This document shows, one piece after another, positions 48,868 to 58,735 of a DNA stretch of 64,000 nucleotides. Under the pieces are notes generated by a model. That model did no database searches, was not told the DNA's origin, and saw nothing but the letters and a program-made list of their open reading frames with translations. Source of the stretch: Promethearchaeota archaeon (GTDB lineage Archaea > Asgardarchaeota > Lokiarchaeia > Sigyniarchaeales > SOKP01). Within the stretch, counting starts at the first letter, position 1. Each line of letters starts with the position of its first letter. Made by a program: the position numbers and the translations under genes. The stretch is taken from positions 1-64,000 of the forward strand of contig JBHLOI010000004.1 in the NCBI GenBank assembly GCA_048940645.1, given 5' to 3'.

Positions 48868-51372
48868 TTAACTCATTTTTAGATAAGCCGCTGTTATAGA
48901 CTCCTTAGATTTTATTATTTCTTCTGGATTACCTTTAGCAATAACTTTTCCACCCTTTGGCCCTCCTTCAGGTCCTAGCTCAATGATATAGTCAGTATAA
49001 GCAAGGATTTGAGGATCATGTTCAATTATAATGACACTATTTCCCTCTTTAACAAGTTGTTCGAGTAATTCCATTAACTTTACAGCATCATAGAATGATA
49101 AACCAACCGTTGGTTCATCTAATATATACAGTGAATCACCTTTGCGTGCTTTTCCTAATTCTTTCGCTAGTTTGATACGCTGAGCCTCACCTCCACTCAA
49201 TGTCGGAGCTGGTTGTCCAAGTGTGACATACCCCATACCGATCCTATCAAGGATTTTTAGTACATTCGAAATATTTACTTGGGATTTAAATAATTCTAAT
49301 GCCTCACTTACTGTCATGTTCAACACTTCTGAAATCGTCTTGTCTTTATATTTAACTTCTAGGATTTCTGGCTTATATCTCATACCTTTACATTCCTTGC
49401 AAGGGATTGTGAAGCTACTAAGAAATGATATTTGTAAATCCTGAACACCATTTCCTTTACATGCTGGACATCTTCCACTATCAGAATTATAAGAGAAATG
49501 TCCTGCTTTATAATTTCTCTTTTTTGCCTCAGGAGTTTTAGCAAAGATATTTCTAATTTTTTCCCAAATCCCGATAAAAGAACAAGGTGTCGAGGTTCTT
49601 ACCCTAGAAATTGGCTTTTGGTTGACAACAATGACTCCATCCAAATTTTCCCATCCTTCTATAATTCCAGAGTACTCTAACAGATCTTTATCATTTTCCT
49701 CGTTTTCATCCTCCTCCTCCTTTTTCATTTGTTTTATTTCAACACCTCTTTTAAAAAATGGTTTTATCAGTGGTACAAGACTATCCAATATTAGAGAACT
49801 TTTCCCAGACCCTGAAACCCCGGCAATACCTACCATCATTCCCAATGGAATTTTAACCGTAATATTTTTTAGGTTATTAGTTTTTACATTCCTAATTGTA
49901 ATGTATTTAGTGTTTTCATTAATAACCTTATTTTCCTCAATGAGTTTTTCAGGCAATTTAATATTACCAGCTAAAAATTGACCAGTATATGAATTTTCTA
50001 CATTTATTATTCCATCAATCGAACCTTGATAAACTATCTCACCACCATTCACGCCCGCTCCTGGACCTATATCTATTATTTCATCAGCAATATCTATAAA
50101 ACGTTTATCGTGCTCAACAATAATTACTGTATTTCCTAAATCTTTTAATTGTTTTAATACTTCAATTAAGGAATCCTTCTCTTTTTCATGTAAACTCATG
50201 CTGGGTTCATCTAATATATAGACAAGAGAATCAAGGCCAGAATCTAAATGGGTCATGAGAGTTAATCGTTGAAGTTCACCACCACTTAATGTAGGTAAAG
50301 AACGATTTAAATGTAAGTATGAAAGACCAACATTAATCATACGTTTTAATCCTTCTAATAAGCTATCTAACATTGATTTACCTTGCGGACTTATTACATG
50401 TTCTTCACTAATGCTTTCTAAAAATACAATCAATTCATCAATAGTCATCATAGCTAACTCACCAATATGTTTTTCAGCGACTTTAACTTCTCTCGCATGT
50501 TCATTTATTCGATAACCATCACATTCTTCACATTTTTTCATTGACATGAAATTTTCATGAATCTTATGCCTTCTATAAGTACTCTTTGACTCTGTGAGAG
50601 CACGCTTCACATGGGGAATAATTCCTTCAAACACTCTTTCTAATATTCCTGTAAATGTCTTAGAGTCCCACTCAAAAGGTAATTTTTTACCACTACCATA
50701 TAAAAATACCTGTCTTATATCATCCGGTAAATCTTTATACGGTGTTTTAATGTCAAAATCGTAAAATCTTGGCAATTGTTCAACAAAACGAATTTGATCA
50801 GCAAAAACAGCTGAACCTGCTTTTGTTATTTGAACTAAGTTTCTATTAGTATCTTGAACGATTAAATCCTCAGTAATGTGCATGGTATATCCTCTACCCT
50901 TGCAAGATAAGCACATACCTGAGGGTTCATTAAATGAAAAATGTTTAATTTGTTTCCTTTCCACGACCATCCCGCACAAATCACATTCTAGATTATTATT
51001 AACTGGTTCCTTGCAAATAGGGCATATCAAAATACCTTCAGTGGCATATAGCATTCTGAGTAATCCATAAATTCCTGTTTTAGTTCCTACTGTAGAGCGA
51101 GGATTAAATATACGTGTAGTTCGTTGTTCCACTGCTACTGTGGGACTTAACCCCTCAATTAAATCAAAAGGCTTCTCATCTTCAAATTTAGGTGGAAAAC
51201 CGATGGATTGAAGGTATCTATTCATCCCCTCATCAAATATAATATCAAATGCCAAGCTCGATTTACCTGAACCTGAAACTCCTGTGATAAGAATTATTTT
51301 TCTTTTTGGAATATTAACATTTATGTTCTTTAAATTATGGATTCTTGCTCCAACAACTTTTATTACATCCAT
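48868..51372 (-). CDS. uvrA: UvrA-like protein, class II (DrrC/UvrA2 type)
   Basis: GARIHNLKN, two GVSGSGKSS, LSGGE..R and YILDEP pairs, zinc fingers; only 834 aa, and the UvrB-binding insertion appears absent. Confidence 0.9.
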   Translation of the reverse strand: MDVIKVVGARIHNLKNINVNIPKRKIILITGVSGSGKSSLAFDIIFDEGMNRYLQSIGFPPKFEDEKPFDLIEGLSPTVAVEQRTTRIFNPRSTVGTKTGIYGLLRMLYATEGILICPICKEPVNNNLECDLCGMVVERKQIKHFSFNEPSGMCLSCKGRGYTMHITEDLIVQDTNRNLVQITKAGSAVFADQIRFVEQLPRFYDFDIKTPYKDLPDDIRQVFLYGSGKKLPFEWDSKTFTGILERVFEGIIPHVKRALTESKSTYRRHKIHENFMSMKKCEECDGYRINEHAREVKVAEKHIGELAMMTIDELIVFLESISEEHVISPQGKSMLDSLLEGLKRMINVGLSYLHLNRSLPTLSGGELQRLTLMTHLDSGLDSLVYILDEPSMSLHEKEKDSLIEVLKQLKDLGNTVIIVEHDKRFIDIADEIIDIGPGAGVNGGEIVYQGSIDGIINVENSYTGQFLAGNIKLPEKLIEENKVINENTKYITIRNVKTNNLKNITVKIPLGMMVGIAGVSGSGKSSLILDSLVPLIKPFFKRGVEIKQMKKEEEDENEENDKDLLEYSGIIEGWENLDGVIVVNQKPISRVRTSTPCSFIGIWEKIRNIFAKTPEAKKRNYKAGHFSYNSDSGRCPACKGNGVQDLQISFLSSFTIPCKECKGMRYKPEILEVKYKDKTISEVLNMTVSEALELFKSQVNISNVLKILDRIGMGYVTLGQPAPTLSGGEAQRIKLAKELGKARKGDSLYILDEPTVGLSFYDAVKLMELLEQLVKEGNSVIIIEHDPQILAYTDYIIELGPEGGPKGGKVIAKGNPEEIIKSKESITAAYLKMS

Positions 51373-51397
51373 ATTCTAATTCATCACTTTTTTTAGT

Positions 51398-52063
51398 TTA
51401 TTTTTGAAAAATATAGAATGCACAATCAAATTCTTTAGGATTTTTCTTAACCATGTTGATTTCTTCTTCATAAGGCTTCAAACTTTTAATCTCTTTATAT
51501 TTTTTATATTTAGAACGTAATTCCTTGATCTTTTTTTCCATCGGTAAATAATATTCTTTCCACCAACATTCTTCTGGTAATAAGAACTTATTTAAGAGAT
51601 TAAAACCGTATTCAGGAAAGACTTCTAAGTTCTTGTTAATCCATTTTATTCCTTCTCCCACTACCAAAAACCCATTTGGCTTTAATACTCGGTGACATTC
51701 CACTAAACTTTTCTTGATATTAAGGAGATGTAATACTCCTTCATCCCAAATAAGATTAAAACTCTCCGCTGAGAAGTCTGTATTATATACAGAACGATTT
51801 AATATTCTTATACGAGTTGAAAGACCTTCTTTTACAATTTTTAATTTAAATCTATCTAAAGCAGTTTGATTTATATCAATTCCAGTGATCTCACCATCGC
51901 TAAGCCTTGCTAATTCGATTGTTGGGGCACCAGACCCGCAACCAATATCTAAAATACTTGGATTTTCCATTTTAGGAAGCATATTAAATGTTTTCCTTGT
52001 ATATTTTAAGAAGACCTCGCGCATTTTTTCAACATCTAATTCATTCGAAATATCTAACGACAT
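51398..52063 (-). CDS. Class I SAM-dependent methyltransferase
   Basis: ILDIGCGSG, GID, F.LIW.EG and VLKPNG motifs. Confidence 0.9.
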   Translation of the reverse strand: MSLDISNELDVEKMREVFLKYTRKTFNMLPKMENPSILDIGCGSGAPTIELARLSDGEITGIDINQTALDRFKLKIVKEGLSTRIRILNRSVYNTDFSAESFNLIWDEGVLHLLNIKKSLVECHRVLKPNGFLVVGEGIKWINKNLEVFPEYGFNLLNKFLLPEECWWKEYYLPMEKKIKELRSKYKKYKEIKSLKPYEEEINMVKKNPKEFDCAFYIFQK

Positions 52064-52073
52064 TTTCTTTTTT

Positions 52074-53243
52074 TTAAATTGATTTTTTTATTGTTTCCCA
52101 TGCATTAATTTCTAATTCTGCCCATTCTTGAATACCCTTATCTATATGGGGGATACGGTCTCTCCATGCATCTAATTCCTTTTTAGCCCCATTTGTAACT
52201 TCTTCAGTTTCATCATCAAGCTTTTTCAACTGCTTCTGATAATTACTACCTCCTTCTTCCGTAATCTCATTGCTTTTTAGGAATAATCCTCTTAATTTTC
52301 CAATGTTAGGAAGGTCATCCGGCAACATAATAGTTTCTAATTCTCGAATTTTATAAACAATTTCATCAAACATATATGAAGCTTTAAGAAGCCCATTATT
52401 ACTTAATAAATTTCCTGCTTCTTTTAAGAAATCCCGATATAAAATTCGAAACATTGCACCACCAGTCCCCCCCGTCTCCATGTAAATAAACACAGAAACT
52501 ATACCAAACAATAGATTATCATCATTAAAGTTGGTAGCCCACGTCGGAAGCATCTTTCTCCATTTCTCAAAACCAGTCAATCCCATATTACGGATTGGAG
52601 GATTGTACATATAATTCACATTAGCCTTTATAGCAGTGGGAATAATTTCCTTTAAATTCTTAACCTTTTTTGGTAAGATTAATTCAACTAATTTATTCTT
52701 GGCTGGAAAAGGTGCGTGTTTACTCCCCCTTGCTGCCTTTAATTGCTCATAGGACATTATATGGGGATTAGCATATCGATCAGAAATATAAACTTCATTT
52801 TTTTCCTCATCAATTCCATATGTTACAAATGTATGGGCGCCAAAATGACCCGATTGTTCATTAGGGATGGGGGTGCCCTCTGCAAAAAAGAAAGGCAGAT
52901 ACGCAAAATCAACAAATGTTATAGCGGGTTTTCCTTTCTCTAATAATGCAATTAGATTATTATGGGCAGCATTTTCTGATGCTGTCTCTGTAACTTTTAT
53001 ACTTCCTCCTAGAATGCTTAAAACCCTTTCAAAAACCTCGGTTTTCTTCACTGCTAGTCCTAAAACCATTGGAAAGGGCATTCTTTTCATGTAGAAATAG
53101 AAAAAACCTAACCCTGAGCACAATCCAATTATCATTGGTTCGGAAAGTTCAATGCCATAATAAGCGAGGACTTTTCTTAAACTTGAAGTCTGGCAATTTG
53201 CACCTGCCATATGTTTAAAATCATCTATTATTATTCTAACCAT
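52074..53243 (-). CDS. BtrH-N/DUF4872 family papain-like protein, paralog 2
   Basis: NCQTSSLR, LSEPMIIGL.SGLGF, LPFF, HFGAH, ISD and ETGGTGGAMFRILY motifs. Confidence 0.8.
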   Translation of the reverse strand: MVRIIIDDFKHMAGANCQTSSLRKVLAYYGIELSEPMIIGLCSGLGFFYFYMKRMPFPMVLGLAVKKTEVFERVLSILGGSIKVTETASENAAHNNLIALLEKGKPAITFVDFAYLPFFFAEGTPIPNEQSGHFGAHTFVTYGIDEEKNEVYISDRYANPHIMSYEQLKAARGSKHAPFPAKNKLVELILPKKVKNLKEIIPTAIKANVNYMYNPPIRNMGLTGFEKWRKMLPTWATNFNDDNLLFGIVSVFIYMETGGTGGAMFRILYRDFLKEAGNLLSNNGLLKASYMFDEIVYKIRELETIMLPDDLPNIGKLRGLFLKSNEITEEGGSNYQKQLKKLDDETEEVTNGAKKELDAWRDRIPHIDKGIQEWAELEINAWETIKKSI

Positions 53244-53255
53244 TTTTTTCCCCTT

Positions 53256-53693
53256 CTACTTTATATTTGGATTAATTTTATTACCACAATCATAGCATTC
53301 TGCATCGTGAATGCAAATTTCACCCTTACATTTGGGGCATGTATAGAGTTTTTCTTGCTCCTGGAGCCACAATTCAACTCCAATTTCTTCAATTCTTCTT
53401 AAATTATTAATCATATTGACGGAATACCTTTCTTGATAAAGACTATCCATTTTTTGTAGCTTTTGACAAGGGAAGCTATCACATTCATAACAAAATTCTA
53501 ATTCTTTTTTTCTCAATGCCGGACAATCTTTTCTTATAAATGCACAATTTTTATTTCTTATTCGACAACCTTTACAACCTATTTTATACCCTCTTTCTTC
53601 TAATAAATCTTTTTTCCAGAGGAGATACTGCCTGCAAGCACCACAATATATACCGCAGGGTGCTGCTAAATTATTATCAACCATTTTTTCCAC
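53256..53693 (-). CDS. DUF3795 family Cys-rich protein
   Basis: APCGIYCGAC, CKGCR, C.FI..C, FCYEC..FPC and terminal CPKC....C..C motifs. Confidence 0.82.
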   Translation of the reverse strand: MEKMVDNNLAAPCGIYCGACRQYLLWKKDLLEERGYKIGCKGCRIRNKNCAFIRKDCPALRKKELEFCYECDSFPCQKLQKMDSLYQERYSVNMINNLRRIEEIGVELWLQEQEKLYTCPKCKGEICIHDAECYDCGNKINPNIK

Positions 53694-53723
53694 TACTCAT
53701 GCTTTTATTTTTATGTATTTATT

Positions 53724-54740
53724 TTAACTATAATATCGTTTTAACACTCTTAAGGCAAATAATGTAATCCATTTACTTTCCTTTCCTTTTTGTTCGATAT
53801 TTGCCTGCATTCGCCCATTAAAAGATTTCTCTAATATCCATCGACCATTCTCATTTTGCTTTGATACAATTAAATCAATGGCTTCTGTCATTCTATCGTC
53901 TTTACAGCCTAATTTTGTTAAGATATCTGAAACTTCTAAAGAATCGATTTTCCAAAATAAAGGAAAACCAAATTCAACCCATTCTTGCTTCGCAACAGCT
54001 TCCAAATTATGACTTTGCTTATAAATATGATGATTAAGCATAAATTCAGTTGCTTTATTTATTGTATCTCTTACATCATTTGATCTTTTATCTGGGGGTA
54101 TCTCCGCCAGTGCCTTTAAATTTTTCACAACCGCCATATGACATGTGTGTGTTCCCCAACAAGCTTCACCTTTCTTAGAGCCTACAGTATAAGGCCATTC
54201 TTCTGGAGGCCTTTTTCCACCATCATCAAAGCGTTGATATTTGGTAATCCAGTCTATCCCTTGTTGGATTCTAGAATCCCCCAAATATCCAAATCTAATC
54301 AAACTCCAGAGCATATTACCGGTTAAACAAGCTAATACTTTATTATGATCACCACCATTTTCTCCACTATAATAAGCAAATGCTCCACTTAACTTATCTT
54401 GAGAATTCTGAAGGATAAATTCACAAGTCTTCATAATCTTTTCATCATTACCATCAGCATGAAGTTCAGATAATACTATGAACTGCCAAATTGTTCCTTT
54501 ATATTTTGTTCTAATGTAAAAATTTTCAGCAATTTCCCAAAATCCATCGGTTTTTTGCTTACTCAAAATTTTAGGAACAACACCAACCGTCATAATTTTT
54601 TCTTGTGTCTTTTTAACCTTATCATCGTTCGGGTTCTTATCTAAAAGATCTGTTAGCGTAAAATAACGAACTGAAGGATTATTTTCTTCTAATAACCATT
54701 CAATTGGATCTGATTTCAAATATGATTTCCAATTTCTCAT
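53724..54740 (-). CDS. Prenyltransferase/squalene-cyclase repeat (alpha/alpha barrel) protein
   Basis: WLLE..NPSVRY..L.DLL; QW-like repeats ILSKQ..DG.W, YQR.DDGG and SKQ..NGRW; SKWIT..AL.VL. Confidence 0.75.
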   Translation of the reverse strand: MRNWKSYLKSDPIEWLLEENNPSVRYFTLTDLLDKNPNDDKVKKTQEKIMTVGVVPKILSKQKTDGFWEIAENFYIRTKYKGTIWQFIVLSELHADGNDEKIMKTCEFILQNSQDKLSGAFAYYSGENGGDHNKVLACLTGNMLWSLIRFGYLGDSRIQQGIDWITKYQRFDDGGKRPPEEWPYTVGSKKGEACWGTHTCHMAVVKNLKALAEIPPDKRSNDVRDTINKATEFMLNHHIYKQSHNLEAVAKQEWVEFGFPLFWKIDSLEVSDILTKLGCKDDRMTEAIDLIVSKQNENGRWILEKSFNGRMQANIEQKGKESKWITLFALRVLKRYYS

Positions 54741-54759
54741 TCTCTCAAACTCCTATAAA

Positions 54760-55896
54760 TTAAATTTTAATTTTGGATAATTTCTTAAAGAGCTGTTCCT
54801 CTTCTGACAATATTTCTAAAGTAAGATTATGTAGTTCATTTAGATTTACGTGCTTTAAACATTCATTTTTATATTCATCAGCAGCATTTTTTAAAGTCTC
54901 TGCTAAAAGCGTCCATTTTTGAGCAGATGCAGTCAAGTGTGGAAGAGAAGCCTTTAAAATTTCCAATTCATCAATTTTCCATGCTCTTTGACCCTCTTTT
55001 AACTCCGGGTGATCTACAAGCTCTTCGATGAAGGATTTATACAAATTTCGAAAACTTGCTCCACCAGTCCCCCAAGTTTCAATATACCCATGTATTAATT
55101 CAAAGGTTAATCTAGCAGATGATTCTTCTTTTCCATTATAGGGATTAATAATTTGACCCTTTAATGTCTCATTCCAGTTTAATATTGCATTTGCGAAGCG
55201 TTTGAATCCTTGAATTCCAACATTATTCATTGATGGCCTTAACATATGATTTACAACTTTCTGGATTGCTAGCTTTACCCCTGCAGCGAATGGAGGATGT
55301 TTTCCGTCCACACGTCGTTGCATTGAATATTGGGTATTGTTAGGGTGTAAGAATTTTGGACCATGTCTAGAATTTCGTGCTTTTTTCAAATCTTCAATAA
55401 AAATTTCTTGAAAACCTTCAAATTCGGTATCTCCCACATACGCAAATCCTTTATCTTCATTGTATCCAGCAAGAGTTATTGCATGCCCCCCAAAATGGAT
55501 CTCTTCCTCTTCTTCAAAATAAGGCAAGAAACCTAAATCAACTTGAATTAATAATGGAACATCTTGCATGAGAAGCTTTTTAGATTCCTCCCATGCTTTA
55601 TCTGCACTTGTAAATGATTGCTTTCTTAAAGTAATACCTAAAAGCCGACAGGCTAAGGAATTTGGTGTGATTGTATCTTGTTTTCCACCAACAAAAATAG
55701 CCATATCTGAGGGTTCTGATCCAGCTGTTCTAGTGGAGCTATCAAAATATGCAAATCCCATTGTTCCATCAAGTCCAAATGCCATTGGTTCCGACATGGG
55801 AAATCCATAAAATTCAAACATATCTCTCATTGCAGAAGATTCACAATGGGAGCCAATTTTGTGAATAAAGTTATTTACCAAATGATTCTGAGTCAA
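54760..55896 (-). CDS. BtrH-N/DUF4872 family papain-like protein, paralog 1
   Basis: HCESSAMR, MSEPMAFGL, LPYF, HFGGH...AGY, VGDT and ETWGTGGASFRNLY motifs. Confidence 0.82.
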   Translation of the reverse strand: MTQNHLVNNFIHKIGSHCESSAMRDMFEFYGFPMSEPMAFGLDGTMGFAYFDSSTRTAGSEPSDMAIFVGGKQDTITPNSLACRLLGITLRKQSFTSADKAWEESKKLLMQDVPLLIQVDLGFLPYFEEEEEIHFGGHAITLAGYNEDKGFAYVGDTEFEGFQEIFIEDLKKARNSRHGPKFLHPNNTQYSMQRRVDGKHPPFAAGVKLAIQKVVNHMLRPSMNNVGIQGFKRFANAILNWNETLKGQIINPYNGKEESSARLTFELIHGYIETWGTGGASFRNLYKSFIEELVDHPELKEGQRAWKIDELEILKASLPHLTASAQKWTLLAETLKNAADEYKNECLKHVNLNELHNLTLEILSEEEQLFKKLSKIKI

Positions 55897-56452
55897 TTTG
55901 GCCTCCTCCTTTCTTAATTTCTTCTAAAACCCATTTCAAAAATTCAATATCAGTTCCTAATATCCTAATAGGATGTTCAAAAAGACCTCTAACATTCAAT
56001 GGCATATGAGAATTCTGCTTTAACATCCACTCTAATCCCTTTTTATGTTTTTTTATTTTGGCTAATGAATGATTAATTGCCTTAATTTGTTCTTCTCTTG
56101 ATAATAAAGGAAGCATTGAAAAGGCAACATAGAAATCCTCATCTTTCTTCCCCATAAATTCAGATAATACATTAATCATCTTTTTCTTTAACGCTTTAAA
56201 TCCAAGATCAGTTATAGTGTAAACCTTTCGAACTCTATTATCTACTTCTTCTTCATAAAACTCTACAAATTCGGCGTCTTCCAATTCACCTATAACCCGG
56301 TAAATTGAAGACTTCCCAATTGCAGTCCAAGCTCTCATACCTCTCTCTTCTATTCTCTGATTTATATTATAAGCATGGCTAGGAAATTCTGCGACTAAAC
56401 CTAGTAAAACAAATTGCTTATGAGTTAATCCATTTTCTGAGTTTTCAGACAT
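55871..56452 (-). CDS. PadR family transcriptional regulator
   Basis: VLLGLV.E.P.HAY.I, SSIY..I..LE and RKVYTITD.G motifs; C-terminal helical dimerisation region. Confidence 0.9.
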   Translation of the reverse strand: MSENSENGLTHKQFVLLGLVAEFPSHAYNINQRIEERGMRAWTAIGKSSIYRVIGELEDAEFVEFYEEEVDNRVRKVYTITDLGFKALKKKMINVLSEFMGKKDEDFYVAFSMLPLLSREEQIKAINHSLAKIKKHKKGLEWMLKQNSHMPLNVRGLFEHPIRILGTDIEFLKWVLEEIKKGGGQIDSESFGK

Positions 56453-56478
56453 CCTAATCTTAATTTTTTAAAAAATCG

Positions 56479-56514
56479 AATATTCTCATTTGAGAATATT
56501 CTCATATGAGAGTA
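56479..56514. promoter_or_regulatory. Tandem nested palindromic operator upstream of padR
   Basis: AATATTCTCA-TT-TGAGAATATT (56479-56500) overlapping TATTCTCA-TA-TGAGAGTA (56497-56514); lies between a minus-strand TTTAAATA box (~56528-56535) and the start codon. Confidence 0.75.
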
Positions 56515-56612
56515 TATGTTAATTTTATATTTAAATCTTTTCATCAAGTTAGAGTAGATAAAATTGAAGACTACAAAAATCTATTATTAAAAATAAAAAA
56601 AAGTTTTATGTA

Positions 56613-57419
56613 TTAACCTTGAAATCTTTTTTCCAGTGTTTTTTGATGTATTGCAAAGGCTAAAAATAGAAAACCAAATCCAAATCCTAATAAAACTAAA
56701 ATGTCAATTATTAATCCAAAAGGTCCGAATGCACTAACTTCTCCTAACCCTACATTTATTATATCAAGAGAATATGTAAGTGGAGATATTATCGCAGTTG
56801 GCAGTGAAGTAATAGGCATAAAAAGCGGGCTAATAAATAGCAATGGAAATTTAATGAAGATTTGTAAAATCATTGTATTTCCAGGATTTTTTGTTGGTGG
56901 AGCAGAGATAATCAAACTAAAACTAGAAAAGACTAGTGCCGAAATAATCATACCAGCAATAATTAGAAAATAATTAATAAGCAATCCACTTGAGAGAAAT
57001 ATTACTCCTAAGACTAAAGGAATTGATGAGAATAACAAGCCATATATAAATGAACCCCAAATACTACCAATTAATATAGTTTTAATTGAAACTGGACAAG
57101 TAGTTAAACGCTCAAAAGTACCACGCATAGTCTCCCATGGAAAGATGATTGGGCCCAGAGAAGTTGAAGTCAAGAAAAGAACCATTGCTATTATTCCAGA
57201 AATAAGATAAACGGGTGATATAGTTCTTCCTATTGTAAAAGCAAGAAATAAAATTATCGGAAAAAATATTCCTTGAATTAATACAGGGGGTTTATTATAA
57301 TAAATTTTCAAATCTTTTTTAGTTATTGTAAAAGATCTTTTTAATTGTGTTTTAAAATTTCTAAACTTGGATTTTTTAGTAATTAAGTACTCCTTATTAA
57401 TTTTTACCACCCCTTTCAA
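56613..57419 (-). CDS. ABC-2 type exporter permease
   Basis: E...GTFERL...PV and SPLTY motifs; six TM helices. Confidence 0.88.
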   Translation of the reverse strand: MKGVVKINKEYLITKKSKFRNFKTQLKRSFTITKKDLKIYYNKPPVLIQGIFFPIILFLAFTIGRTISPVYLISGIIAMVLFLTSTSLGPIIFPWETMRGTFERLTTCPVSIKTILIGSIWGSFIYGLLFSSIPLVLGVIFLSSGLLINYFLIIAGMIISALVFSSFSLIISAPPTKNPGNTMILQIFIKFPLLFISPLFMPITSLPTAIISPLTYSLDIINVGLGEVSAFGPFGLIIDILVLLGFGFGFLFLAFAIHQKTLEKRFQG

Positions 57420-58386
57420 TGATTTTTAAAAATGCATCCTCTAATTTTGGTTGATGTGTATTTAATTGTTTTATAATTAGATGATTCTGCTTTATGAAAT
57501 CTATTATTTCGCATATACTTTCATGAACGTCTTCTACAATTATGTGAAAACCTTCTCTTACCTCTTGAACTTCTCTCACTGTGCTTAATTCTTCAATTTG
57601 GTTTTTATTTACTCCATTGGCAAAATAAAAATCGATTGCTTTATATTCCTGAGTTAAATTTTTCAAGTTTTTAGGAGTATCCAAACTTATGATTTTACCA
57701 TGATGAATAATTGCAATCCTATGGCATAATTCGTTTGCTACCTCCATATCATGAGTCGTAAGGAAGATTGTCACACCTTTTTCATTATATTCTCTAATCA
57801 ATTGCTTAATAATGCGAGCAGATTGTACATCCAATCCACTTGTCGGTTCATCCAGAAATAAAATTTCTGGATCACTCATTAATGCCATACATAGCAATAA
57901 TCTTTGTTTCATTCCCTTCGAATATTTCATTGATTTCATATTACGCTTTTCATATAATTCGAATTTCTTAAGTAGAGCCTCTGCTCGTTTTAAGCGGACT
58001 TTTTTAGAAACACCATATATTTCTCCAATAAACATTAAATTTTGTAAACCTGACATTTCAAAATATACGTTTGCCTCCTCAGGAACATTTCCAGTAATCT
58101 GTTTGACGAGAATTTGATTCTTCCATACATCCAGTCCAAATATAGATACATTTCCTTTAGTAGGGTTTAATACTCCTGTCATCATACGAATCGTGGTTGT
58201 TTTTCCAGCACCATTAGGACCTAGAAATCCAAAGATTTCCCCCTTTTTCACCTCAAAGTTAATATTATCAACTGCTCGAATTATACCCTGCGTTCTTTGC
58301 GGACTATTTGGTCCCCTTTTCCCATTTTTCCCTTTTTTTGGGGATTTAAAATGTTTGGTTAGATTATTTACAATTATTGCGCTCAT
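57397..58386 (-). CDS. ABC exporter ATPase (DrrA-like); start revised to ATG 58386
   Basis: GPNGAGKTT, YSKGMKQR, LFLDEPTSGLD and TTHDM motifs; GAGGT RBS precedes MSAII. Confidence 0.9.
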   Translation of the reverse strand: MSAIIVNNLTKHFKSPKKGKNGKRGPNSPQRTQGIIRAVDNINFEVKKGEIFGFLGPNGAGKTTTIRMMTGVLNPTKGNVSIFGLDVWKNQILVKQITGNVPEEANVYFEMSGLQNLMFIGEIYGVSKKVRLKRAEALLKKFELYEKRNMKSMKYSKGMKQRLLLCMALMSDPEILFLDEPTSGLDVQSARIIKQLIREYNEKGVTIFLTTHDMEVANELCHRIAIIHHGKIISLDTPKNLKNLTQEYKAIDFYFANGVNKNQIEELSTVREVQEVREGFHIIVEDVHESICEIIDFIKQNHLIIKQLNTHQPKLEDAFLKIIERGGKN

Positions 58387-58396
58387 TTTAATACCT

Positions 58397-58555
58397 CTAC
58401 TTCTCTTCTTCATCTAATTGAATGTGCTTTAAAAGCTCATTGATAGGTTGATCACCATGACATTTGATAATTTGATTTAGAGAACACCCGTGTGGATGCT
58501 TATCTTTTATTTCAGGCTTATCGCAAGCACATTCTTCTGTTTCCTTTATTTTCAT
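58397..58555 (-). CDS. Unannotated 52-aa Cys/His metal-binding microprotein
   Basis: MKIKETEECACDKPEIKDKHPHGCSLNQIIKCHGDQPINELLKHIQLDEEEK*; AAGGT RBS upstream; first gene of the ABC operon. Confidence 0.75.
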   Translation of the reverse strand: MKIKETEECACDKPEIKDKHPHGCSLNQIIKCHGDQPINELLKHIQLDEEEK

Positions 58556-58735
58556 TTTGTAATTACCTTCAATTCTTTATTTTTGGTTTTTCTTAATACT
58601 TGGAACAAGTACAACTATCACAATAGAGTTTTATAAAAATTTTTTAATTAGTTAAATGATAGATTGAACTAATCAAACCATATATTTAAATATTCCTAAA
58701 ATTTCTATATTATAGGATTTTGAAGGTTTAAGGAT

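Noticed and set aside
53724-54740. Squalene-hopene cyclase or NifH (a label often attached to this family)
   Set aside because: No DXDD motif and only about half the cyclase length; no P-loop or nitrogenase motifs
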